In this document: piece by piece, positions 1 to 11,200 of the stretch
How positions within the stretch are numbered: position 1 is the first letter of the stretch
Layout: the number at the start of each line of letters is the position of its first letter
Assembly (NCBI GenBank): GCA_964016885.1
Contig: OZ024743.1
Coordinates: forward strand, 130,572,001-130,636,000
DNA length: 64,000 bases
Reading direction: 5' to 3'
Source: Eledone cirrhosa
Taxonomy: Eukaryota
Position numbers and translations under genes: made by a program
Notes under the pieces: generated by a model
Told to the model about the DNA's origin: nothing
Seen by the model: the letters and a program-made list of their open reading frames with translations, nothing else
Database searches by the model: none

Positions 1-729
1 TTGGTGCTTGGTGCTTGGTGCTTGGTGTTAGGTGTTTGGTGCTTGGTGCTTGGTGTTTGATGTTTGGTCCTTGGTGCTTGGTGCTTGGTGTTTGGTGCTT
101 GGTGTTTGGTGCTTGGTGCTTGGTGTTTGGTACTTGGTGCTTGGTGCTTGGTGTTAAGTGTTTGGTGCTTGGTGCTTGGTGTTTGGTGCTTCGTGCTTGG
201 TGCTTGGTGTTTGGTGCATGGTGCTTGGTCTTTGGGGCTTGGTGCCTGGTGCTTTGTGTTTGGTGCTAGGTGCTTGGTGCTTGGTCTTTGGTGTTTGGTG
301 CTTGGTGCTTGGTGCTTGGTGCTTGGTGTTTGGCGTTTGCTCTTTGCTGTTTGGTGTTTGGTGTTTGGTGTTTGGTGCTTGCTGCTTGGTGTTTGGTGTT
401 TGGTGCTTGCTGCTTGGTGCTTGGTGCTTGGTGTTTGGTGTTTGGTGTTTGGTGCTTGGTGTTTGGTGCTTGGTGCTTGGTGCTGGGTGTTTGGTGCTTG
501 GTGCTTGGTGCTTGGTGCTTGATGCTTGGTGCTTGGTGTTTGGTCATTGGTGCTTGGTGCTTGGTCTTTGGTGCTTGGGGTTTGGTGTTTGGTGCTTGGT
601 GCTTAGTGTTTGGTGCTTGGTGCTTGGTGTTTGGTGTTTGGTGCTTTCTGCTTGGTGCATGGTGTTTGGTGCTTGGTGCTTGGTGATTAGTGTTTGGTGC
701 ATGGTGCTTGGTGTTTGTTGTTTGGTGCT

Positions 730-3700
730 TGGTGCTTGGTTCTTGGTGTTTGGTGCTTCGTGCTTGGTGCTTGGTGTTTGGTGCTTGGTGCTTGGTGTTT
801 GGTGCTTGGTTCTTGGTGTTTGGTGCTTCGTGCTTGGTGCTTGGTGTTTGGTGCTTGGTGCTTGGTGTTTGGTGCTTGGTGTTTGGTGTTTGGTGCTTGG
901 TGTTTGGTACTTGGTGCTTGGTGCTTGGTGTTAAGTGTTTGGTGCTTGGTGTTTGGTGTTTGGTGCTTGGTGTTTGGTGCTTCGTGCTTGGTGCTTGGTG
1001 TTTGGTGCATGGTGCTTGGTGTTTGAGGCTTGGTGCCTGGTGCTTTGTGTTTGGTGCTAGGTGCTTGGTGCTTGGTCTTTGGTGTTTGGTGCTTGGTGCT
1101 TGGTGCTTGGTGTTTGGTGCTTGGTGCTTGGTGCTTGGTTATTAGTGTTTGGTGCTTGGTGCTTGGGGTTTGGTGTTTGGGGCTTGGTGCTTGGTGTTTG
1201 GTGTTTGCTGTATGGTGTTTGCTGTTTCGTGTTTGGTGTTTGCTGTTTGGTGTTTAATGCTTGGTGCTTGGTTCTTGGTGTTTGGTGCTCGGTGCTTGGT
1301 GCTTGGTGCTTGGCGTTTGCTCTTTGCTGTTTGGTGTTTGGTGCTTGCTGTTTGGTGTTTGGTGTTTGGTGTTTGGTGTTTGGTGCTTGCTGTTTGGTGC
1401 TTGGTGCTTGGTGTTTGGTCTTTGGTGTTTGGTTCTTGGTGCTTGGTGTTTGGTGCTTGGTGCTTGGTGCTGGGTGTTTGGTGCTTGGTGCTTGGTGTTT
1501 GGTGCTTGGTGCTTGGTGTTTGGTACTTGGTGCTTGGTGTTTGGTGTTTGGTGCTTGCTGTTTGGTGTTTGGTGCTTGCTGTTTGGTGTTTGGTGTTTGG
1601 TGTTTGGTGTTTGGTGCTTGCTGTTTGGTGCTTGGTGTTTGGTGCTTGGTGTATGTACTTGGTGCTTGGTGCTTGGTGTTTGGTGCTTGGTTCTTGGTGT
1701 TTGGTGCTTGGTGCTTGGTGCTTGGTGCTTGGTGTTTGGTGCTTGGTGCTTGGTGTTTGGTACTTGGTGCTTGGTGTTTGGTGTTTGGTGCTTCGTGCTT
1801 GGTGCTTGGTGTTTGGGGCTTGGTGCCTGGTGCTTGGTGTTTGGTGCTTGGTGCTTGGTGCTTGGTGTTTGGTGTTTGGTGCTTGGTGCTTGGTGTTTGG
1901 TGCTTGGTGTTTGGTGCTTGGTGTATGTACTTGGTGCTTGGTGCTTGGTGTTTGGTGCTTGGTTCTTGGTGTTTGGTGCTTGGTGCTTGGTGTTTGGTGC
2001 TTGGTGTTAAGTGTTTGGTGCTTGGTGCTTGGTGTTTGGTGCTTCGTGCTTGGTGCTTGGTGTTTGGTGCATGGTGCTTGATGTTTGGGGCTTGGTGCCT
2101 GGTGCTTGGTGTTTGGTGCTTGGTGCTTGGTGCTTGGTGTTTGGTGTTTGGTGCTTGGTGCTTGGTGTTTGGTGCTTGGTGTTTGGTGCTTGGTGTTCGG
2201 TGCTTGGTGCTTGGTGCTTGGTACTTGGTGTTAGGTTTTTGGTGCTTGGGGCTTGGTGTTTCATGTTTGGTCCTTGGTGCTTGGTGTTTGGTGTTTGGTG
2301 CTTGGTGCTTGGTGTTTCGTGTTTGGTGCTTGCTGCTTGCTGCTTGGTGTTTGGTGCTTGGTGATTGGTGCTTGGTGTTTGGTGCTTGGTGATTGGTGCT
2401 TGGTGTTTGGTGTTTGGTGCTAGGTGCTTGGTGCTTGGTGTTTGGTGCTTGGTGCTTGGTGTTTGGTGTTTGGTGCTTGGTGCTTGGGGATTGGTGTTTG
2501 GTGCTTGCTGCTTGGTGTTTGGTGCTTGCTGCTTGGTGTTTGGTGTTTGGTGTTTGGTGCTTGGTGTTTGGTGCTTGGTGCTTGGTGCTTGGTGTTAAGT
2601 GTTTGGTGCTTGGTGCTTGGTGGTTGGTGCTTCATGCTTGGTGCTTGGTGTTTGGTGCATGGTGCTTGATGTTTGGGGCTTGGTGCCTGGTGCTTGGTGT
2701 TTGGTGCTTGGTGCTTGGTGCTTGGTGTTTGGTGTTTGGTGATTGGTGTTTGGTGTTTGGCGCTTGGTGTTTGGTGCTTGGTGTTCGGTGCTTGGTGCTT
2801 GGTGCTTGGTACTTGGTGTTAGGTTTTTGGTGCTTGGGGCTTGGTGTTTGATGTTTGGTCCTTGGTGCTTGGTGTTTGGTGTTTGGTGCTTGGTGCTTGG
2901 TGTTTCGTGTTTGGTGCTTGCTGCTTGCTGCTTGGTGTTTGGTGCTTGGTGATTGGTGCTTGGTGTTTGGTGCTTGGTGGTTGGTGCTTGGTGTTTGGTG
3001 TTTGGTGCTAGGTGCTTGGTGCTTGGTGTTTGGTGCTTGGTGCTTGGTGTTTGGTGTTTGGTGCTTGGTGCTTGGGGCTTGGTGTTTGGTGCTTGCTGCT
3101 TGGTGTTTGGTGCTTGCTGCTTGGTGTTTGGTGTTTGGTGTTTGGTGCTTTGTGTTTGGTGCTTGGTGCTTGGTGCTGGGTGGTTGATGTTTGGTGCTTG
3201 GTGCTTGGTGTTTGGTGCTTGGTGCTTGGTGCTTATTGTTTGGTGCTTGGTGCTTGGTGCTTGGTGCTTGGTCTTTGGTGCTTGGTGTTTGGTGTTTGGT
3301 GTTTGGTGTTTGTGCTTGGTGCTTGGTGCTTGGTGTTTGGTGCTAGGTGCTTAACGCTTGGTGTTTGGTGCTTGGTGCTTGGTGCTTGGTGATTAGTGTT
3401 TGGTGCTTGGTGCTTGGGGTTTGGTGTTTTGTGTTTGCTGTTTGGTGTATGCGGTTTGGTGTCTGCTTTTTGGTGTTTGGTGTTTGCTGTATGGTGTTTG
3501 CAGTTTTGTGTTTCGTGTTTGCTGTTTGGTGTTTGGTGCTTGGTGCTTGGTGCTTGGTGTTTGGCGTTTGCTGTTTGCTGTTTGCTGTTTGGTGTTTGCT
3601 GTTTGGTGTTTGCTGTTTGGTGTTTGGTGCTTGGTGCTTGGTGGCTGGTGTTTGGTGCTTGGTGTTTGGATTTTGGTCCTTGGTGCATGGTGCCTGGTGT

Positions 3701-5520
3701 TTCGTGCTTGGTGCTTGGTGCTTGGTGTTTGGTGTTTGGTGCTTGGTGTTTGGTGTTTGGTATTTGGTGCTTGGTGCTTGGTGCTTGGTGTTTGGTGTTT
3801 GGTGCTTCGTGCTTGGTGCTTGGTGTTTGGTGCATGGTGCTTGATGTTTGGGGCTTGGTGCCTGGTGCTTGGTGTTTGGTGCTTGGTGTTTGGTGCTTGG
3901 TGTTCGGTGCTTGGTGCTTGGTGCTTGGTACTTGGTGTATGTACTTGGTGCTTGGTGCTTGGTGTTTGGTGCTTGGTTCTTGGTGTTTGGTGCTTCGTGC
4001 TTGGTGCTTGGTGTTTGGTGCTTGGTGCTTGGTGTTTGGTGCTTGGTTCTTGGTGTTTGGTGCTTCGTGCTTGGTGCTTGGTGTTTGGTGCTTGGTGCTT
4101 GGTGTTTGGTGCTTGGTGTTTGGTGTTTGGTGCTTGGTGTTTGGTACTTGGTGCTTGGTGCTTGGTGTTAAGTGTTTGGTGCTTGGTGCTTGGTGTTTGG
4201 TGCTTCGTGCTTGGTGCTTGGTGTTTGGTGCATGGTGCTTGGTGTTTGAGGCTTGGTGCCTGGTGCTTTGTGTTTGGTGCTAGGTGCTTGGTGCTTGGTC
4301 TTTGGTGTTTGGTGCTTGGTGCTTGGTGCTTGGTGTTTGGTGCTTGGTGCTTGGTGCTTGGTTATTAGTGTTTGGTGCTTGGTGCTTGGGGTTTGGTGTT
4401 TGGGGCTTGGTGCTTGGTGTTTGGTGTTTGATGTATGGTGTTTGCTGTTTCGTGTTTGGTGTTTGCTGTTTGGTGTTTAATGCTTGGTGCTTGGTTCTTG
4501 GTGTTTGGTGCTTGGTGCTTGGTGCTTGGTGCTTGGCGTTTGCTCTTTGCTGTTTGGTGTTTGGTGCTTGCTGTTTGGTGTTTGGTGTTTGGTGTTTGGT
4601 GTTTGGTGCTTGCTGTTTGGTGCTTGGTGCTTGGTGTTTGGTCTTTGGTGTTTGGTTCTTGGTGCTTGGTGTTTGGTGCTTGGTGCTTGGTGCTGGGTGT
4701 TTGGTGCTTGGTACTTGGTGTTTGGTGCTTGGTGCTTGGTGTTTGGTACTTGGTACTTGGTGTTTGGTGTTTGGTGCTTGTTGTTTGGTGTTTGGTGCTT
4801 GCTGTTTGGTGTTTGGTGTTTGGTGTTTGGTGTTTGGTGCTTGCTGTTTGGTGCTTGGTGTTTGGTGCTTGGTGTATGTACTTGGTGCTTGGTGCTTGGT
4901 GTTTGGTGCTTGGTTCTTGGTGTTTGGTGCTTGGTGCTTGGTGCTTGGTGTTTGGTGCTTGGTGCTTGGTGTTTGGTACTTGGTGCTTGGTGTTTGGTGT
5001 TTGGTGCTTCATGCTTGGTGCTTGGTGTTTGGGGCTTGGTGCCTGGTGCTTGGTGTTTGGTGCTTGGTGCTTGGTGCTTGGTGTTTGGTGTTTGGTGCTT
5101 GGTGCTTGGTGTTTGGTGCTTGGTGTTTGGTGCTTGGTGTATGTACTTGGTGCTTGGTGCTTGGTGTTTGGTGCTTGGTTCTTGGTGTTTGGTGCTTGGT
5201 GCTTGGTGCTTGGTGCTTGGTGTTTGGTGATTGGTGTTAAGTGTTTGGTGCTTGGTGCTTGGTGTTTGGTGCTTCGTGCTTGGTGCTTGGTGTTTGGTGC
5301 ATGGTGCTTGATGTTTGGGGCTTGGTGCCTGGTGCTTGGTGTTTGGTGCTTGGTGCTTGGTGCTTGGTGTTTGGTGCTTGGTGTTCGGTGCTTGGTGCTT
5401 GGTGCTTGGTACTTGGTGTTAGGTTTTTGGTGCTTGGGGCTTGGTGTTTCATGTTTGGTCCTTGGTGCTTGGTGTTTGGTGTTTGGTGCTTGGTGCTTGG
5501 TGTTTCCTGTTTGGTGCTTG
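730..5520 (+). repeat. Direct segmental duplication ~730-2300 / ~3960-5520 (offset ~3223-3237)
   Basis: Matching variant patterns and ORFs: 1030/4253, 1061/4284, 1261/4484 (offset 3223). The rare variant TTTGAGGC occurs at ~1022 and ~4245. Confidence 0.8.
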
Positions 5521-8200
5521 CTGCTTGCTGCTTGGTGCTTGGTACTTGGTGTTAGGTTTTTGGTGCTTGGGGCTTGGTGTTTGATGTTTGGTCCTTGGTG
5601 CTTGGTGTTTGGTGTTTGGTGCTTGGTGCTTGGTGTTTCGTGTTTGGTGCTTGCTGCTTGCTGCTTGGTGTTTGGTGCTTGGTGATTGGTGCTTGGTGTT
5701 TGGTGCTTGGTGGTTGGTGCTTGGTGTTTGGTGTTTGGTGCTAGGTGCTTGGTGCTTGGTGTTTGGTGCTTGGTGCTTGGTGTTTGGTGTTTGGTGCTTG
5801 GTGCTTGGGGCTTGGTGTTTGGTGCTTGCTGCTTGGTGTTTGGTGCTTGCTGCTTGGTGTTTGGTGTTTGGTGTTTGGTGCTTGCTGTTTGGTGCTTGGT
5901 GCTTGGTGCTGGGTGGTTGATGTTTGGTGCTTGGTGCTTGGTGTTTGGTGCTTGGTGCTTGGTGCTTATTGTTTGGTGCTTGGTGCTTGGTGCTTGGTGC
6001 TTGGTCTTTGGTGCTTGGTGTTTGGTGTTTGGTGTTTGGTGTTTGTGCTTGGTGCTTGGTGCTTGGTGTTTGGTGCTAGGTGCTTAACGCTTGGTGTTTG
6101 GTGCTTGGTGCTTGGTGCTTGGTGATTAGTGTTTGGTGCTTGGTGTTTGGTGTTTGGTGCTTCGTGCTCGGTGCTTGGTGTTTGGGGCTTGGTGCCTGGT
6201 GCTTGGTGTTTGGTGCTTGGTGCTTGGTGCTTGGTGTTTGGTGTTTGGTGCTTGGTGCTTGGTGTTTGGTGCTTGGTGTTTGGTGCTTGGTGTATGTACT
6301 TGGTGCTTGGTGCTTGGTGTTTGGTGCTTGGTTCTTGGTGTTTGGTGCTTGGTGCTTGGTGCTTGGTGCTTGGTGTTTGGTGCTTGGTGTTAAGTGTTTG
6401 GTGCTTGGTGCTTGGTGTTTGGTGCTTCGTGCTTGGTGCTTGGTGTTTGGTGCATGGTGCTTGATGTTTGGGGCTTGGTGCCTGGTGCTTGGTGTTTGGT
6501 GCTTGGTGCTTGGTGCTTGGTGTTTGGTGTTTGGTGCTTGGTGCTTGGTGTTTGGTGCTTGGTGTTTGGTGCTTGGTGTTCAGTGCTTGGTGCTTGGTGC
6601 TTGGTACTTGGTGTTAGGTTTTTGGTGCTTGGGGCTTGGTGTTTCATGTTTGGTCCTTGGTGCTTGGTGTTTGGTGTTTGGTGCTTGGTGCTTGGTGTTT
6701 CGTGTTTGGTGCTTGCTGCTTGCTGCTTGGTGTTTGGTGCTTGGTGATTGGTGCTTGGTGTTTGGTGCTTGGTGATTGGTGCTTGGTGTTTGGTGTTTGG
6801 TGCTAGGTGCTTGGTGCTTGGTGTTTGGTGCTTGGTGCTTGGTGTTTGGTGTTTGGTGCTTGGTGCTTGGGGCTTGGTGTTTGGTTCTTGCTGCTTGGTG
6901 TTTGGTGCTTGCTGCTTGGTGTTTGGTGTTTGGTGTTTGGTGCTTGGTGTTTGGTGCTTGCTGCTTGGTGCTTGGTGTTAAGTGTTTGGTGCTTGGTGCT
7001 TGGTGGTTGGTGCTTCGTGCTTGGTGCTTGGTGTTTGGTGCATGGTGCTTGATGTTTGGGGCTTGGTGCCTGGTGCTTGGTGTTTGGTGCTTGGTGCTTG
7101 GTGCTTGGTGTTTGGTGTTTGGTGATTGGTGCTTGGTGTTTGGTGCTTGGTGTTTGGTGCTTGGTGTTCGGTGCTTGGTGCTTGGTGCTTGGTACTTGGT
7201 GTTAGGTTTTTGGTGCTTGGGGCTTGGTGTTTGATGTTTGGTCCTTGGTGCTTGGTGTTTGGTGTTTGGTGCTTGGTGCTTGGTGTTTCGTGTTTGGTGC
7301 TTGCTGCTTGCTGCTTGGTGTTTGGTGCTTGGTGATTGGTGCTTGGTGTTTGGTGCTTGGTGGTTGGTGCTTGGTGTTTGGTGTTTGGTGCTAGGTGCTT
7401 GGTGCTTGGTGTTTGGTGCTTGGTGCTTGGTGTTTGGTGTTTGGTGCTTGGTGCTTGGGGCTTGGTGTTTGGTGCTTGCTGCTTGGTGTTTGGTGCTTGC
7501 TGCTTGGTGTTTGGTGTTTGGTGTTTGGTGCTTGCTGTTTGGTGCTTGGTGCTTGGTGCTGGGTGGTTGATGTTTGGTGCTTGGTGCTTGGTGTTTGGTG
7601 CTTGGTGCTTGGTGCTTATTGTTTGGTGCTTGGTGCTTGGTGCTTGGTGCTTGGTCTTTGGTGCTTGGTGTTTGGTGTTTGGTCTTTGGTGTTTGTGCTT
7701 GGTGCTTGGTGTTTGGTGCTAGGTGCTTAACGCTTGGTGTTTGGTGCTTGGTGCTTGGTGCTTGGTGATTAGTGTTTGGTGCTTGGTGCTTGGGGTTTGG
7801 TGTTTTGTGTTTGCTGTTTGGTGTATGCGGTTTGGTGTCTGCTTTTTGGTGTTTGGTGTTTGCTGTATGGTGTTTGCAGTTTTGTGTTTCGTGTTTGCTG
7901 TTTGGTGTTTGGTGCTTGGTGCTTGGTGCTTGGTGTTTGGTGCTTGGTGCTTGGTGCTTGGTGTTTGGCGTTTGCTGTTTGCTGTTTGCTGTTTGGTGTT
8001 TGCTGTTTGGTGTTTGCTGTTTGGTGTTTGGTGCTTGGTGCTTGGTGGCTGGTGTTTGGTGCTTGGTGTTTGGATTTTGATCCTTGGTGCTTGGTGCCTG
8101 GTGTTTCGTGCTTGGTGCTTGGTGCTTGGTGTTTGGTGTTTGGTGCTTGGTGTTTGGTGTTTGGTATTTGGTGCTTGGTGCTTGGTGCTTGGTGTTTGGT
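1770..8200 (+). repeat. Direct segmental duplication ~1770-3830 / ~6140-8200 (offset ~4369-4383)
   Basis: ORF pairs 2007/6390, 2011/6394, 2365/6748 and 2953/7336 share offset 4383; 3347/7723 has offset 4376. Confidence 0.8.
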
Positions 8201-11200
8201 GCTTGGTGCTTGGTGCTTGGTGTTTGATGCTGCGTGCTTGGTGTTTGGTGTTTGGTGCTTGGTGCTTGGTGTTTGGTGATTGGAGCTTGGTGCCTGGTGC
8301 TTGTTGTTTGGGGCCTGGTGCTTGTTGTTTGGTGTTTGGTGCTTGGTGCTTGGTGTTTGGTGCTTGGTGCTTGGTGCTTGGTGTTTGGTGCTTGGTGCTT
8401 GGTGTTTGGTGCTTGGTGCTTGGTGCTCGGTGCTTGGTGTTAGGTGTTTGGTGCTTGGTGCTTGGTGTTTGATGTTTGGTCTTTGGTGCTTTGTGTTTGG
8501 TGTTTGGTGCTTGGTGCTTGGTGTTTGGTGTTTGGTGCTTGCTGCTTGGTGCTTGGTGTTTGGTGCTTGGCGTTTGGTGTTTGGTGTTTGGTGCTTGGTG
8601 CTTGGTGTTTGGTGCTTGCTGCTTGCTGCTTGGGTTTTGGTGCTTGGTGATTGGTGCTTGGTGTTTTGCGCTTGGTGCTTGGTGTTTGGTGTTTGGTGTT
8701 TGGTGCTTGGTGCTTGGTGCTTGGTGCTTGGTGTTTGGTGCTGCGTGCTTGGTGTTTGGTGTCTGGAGTTTGGTGCTTGGTGCTTGGTGCCTGGTGTTTC
8801 GTGCTTGGTGCTTGGTGCTTGGTGTTTGGTGTTTGGTGCTTGGTGTTTGGTGTTTGGTACTTGGTGTTTGGTGCTTGGTGCCTGGTGCTTGGTGTTTGGT
8901 GCTTGGTGCTTGGTGTTTGGTGATTGGTGCTTGGTGTTTGGTGATTGGTGCTTGATGCTTGGTGCTTGGTGTTAGTTGTTTGGTGCTTGGTGCTTGGTGT
9001 TTGATGTTTGGTCCTTGGTGCTTGGTGTTTGGTGTTTGGTGCTTGGTGCTTGTTGTTTGGTGTTTGGTGCTTGCTGCTTGCTGCTTGGTGTTTGTTGCTT
9101 GGTGTTTTGTGCTTGATGCTTGGTGTTTGTTGTTTGGTGCTAGGGGCTTAGTGCTTGGTGCTTGGTGTTTGGTGCTTGGTGCTTGCTGTTTGGTGTTTGG
9201 TGCTTGGTGCGTGGGACTTAGTGTTTGGTGTTTGGTGCTTGGTGTTTGGTGGTTGGTGTTTGGTGCTTGGTGTTTGGGGCTTGGTGTTCGGTGCTTGGTG
9301 CCTGGTGCTTGGGGCTTGGTGTTTGGTGTTTGGTGCTTGGTGCTTGGTGTTTGATGTTGGGTGCTTGGTGCTTGGTGTTTGTTGTTTGGTGCTTGGTGTT
9401 TGGTGTTTGGTGCTTGGTGCTTGGTGTTGGTGTTTGGTGCTTGGTGCTTGGGGATTGGTGTTTGGTGCTTGGTGCTTTGTGTTTGGTGCTAGGTGCTTGG
9501 TGCTTGGTCTTTGGTGTTTGGTGCTTGGTGCTTGGTGCTTGGTGTTTGGTGCTTGGTGCTTGGTGCTTGGTTATTAGTGTTTGGTGCTTGGTGCTTGGGG
9601 TTTGGTGTTTGGGGCTTGGTGCTTGGTGTTTGGTGTTTGATGTATGGTGTTTGCTGTTTCGTGTTTGGTGTTTGCTGTTTGGTGTTTAATGCTTGGTGCT
9701 TGGTTCTTGGTGTTTGGTGCTTGGTGCTTGGTGCTTGGTGCTTGGCGTTTGCTCTTTGCTGTTTGGTGTTTGGTGCTTGCTGTTTGGTGTTTGGTGTTTG
9801 GTGTTTGGTGTTTGGTGCTTGCTGTTTGGTGCTTGGTGCTTGGTGTTTGGTCTTTGGTGTTTGGTTCTTGGTGCTTGGTGTTTGGTGCTTGGTGCTTGGT
9901 GCTGGGTGTTTGGTGCTTGGTACTTGGTGTTTGTTGCTTGGTGCTTGGTGTTTGGTACTTGGTACTTGGTGTTTGGTGTTTGGTGCTTGTTGTTTGGTGT
10001 TTGGTGCTTGCTGTTTGGTGTTTGGTGTTTGGTGTTTGGTGTTTGGTGTTTGGTGCTTGCTGTTTGGTGCTTGGTGTTTGGTGCTTGGTGTATGTACTTG
10101 GTGCTTGGTGCTTGGTGTTTGGTGCTTGGTTCTTGGTGTTTGGTGCTTGGTGCTTGGTGCTTGGTGTTTGGTGCTTGGTGCTTGGTGTTTGGTACTTGGT
10201 GCTTGGTGTTTGGTGTTTGGTGCTTCATGCTTGGTGCTTGGTGTTTGGGGCTTGGTGCCTGGTGCTTGGTGTTTGGTGCTTGGTGCTTGGTGCTTGGTGT
10301 TTGGTGTTTGGTGCTTGGTGCTTGGTGTTTGGTGCTTGGTGTTTGGTGCTTGGTGTATGTACTTGGTGCTTGGTGCTTGGTGTTTGGTGCTTGGTTCTTG
10401 GTGTTTGGTGCTTGGTGCTTGGTGCTTGGTGCTTGGTGCTTGGTGTTTGGTGATTGGTGTTAAGTGTTTGGTGCTTGGTGCTTGGTGTTTGGTGCTTCGT
10501 GCTTGGTGCTTGGTGTTTGGTGCATGGTGCTTGATGTTTGGGGCTTGGTGCCTGGTGCTTGGTGTTTGGTGCTTGGTGCTTGGTGCTTGGTGTTTGGTGC
10601 TTGGTGTTCGGTGCTTGGTGCTTGGTGCTTGGTACTTGGTGTTAGGTTTTTGGTGCTTGGGGCTTGGTGTTTCATGTTTGGTCCTTGGTGCTTGGTGTTT
10701 GGTGTTTGGTGCTTGGTGCTTGGTGTTTCCTGTTTGGTGCTTGCTGCTTGCTGCTTGGTGCTTGGTACTTGGTGTTAGGTTTTTGGTGCTTGGGGCTTGG
10801 TGTTTGATGTTTGGTCCTTGGTGCTTGGTGTTTGGTGTTTGGTGCTTGGTGCTTGGTGTTTCGTGTTTGGTGCTTGCTGCTTGCTGCTTGGTGTTTGGTG
10901 CTTGGTGATTGGTGCTTGGTGTTTGGTGCTTGGTGGTTGGTGCTTGGTGTTTGGTGTTTGGTGCTAGGTGCTTGGTGCTTGGTGTTTGGTGCTTGGTGCT
11001 TGGTGTTTGGTGTTTGGTGCTTGGTGCTTGGGGCTTGGTGTTTGGTGCTTGCTGCTTGGTGTTTGGTGCTTGCTGCTTGGTGTTTGGTGTTTGGTGTTTG
11101 GTGCTTGCTGTTTGGTGCTTGGTGCTTGGTGCTGGGTGGTTGATGTTTGGTGCTTGGTGCTTGGTGTTTGGTGCTTGGTGCTTGGTGCTTATTGTTTGGT

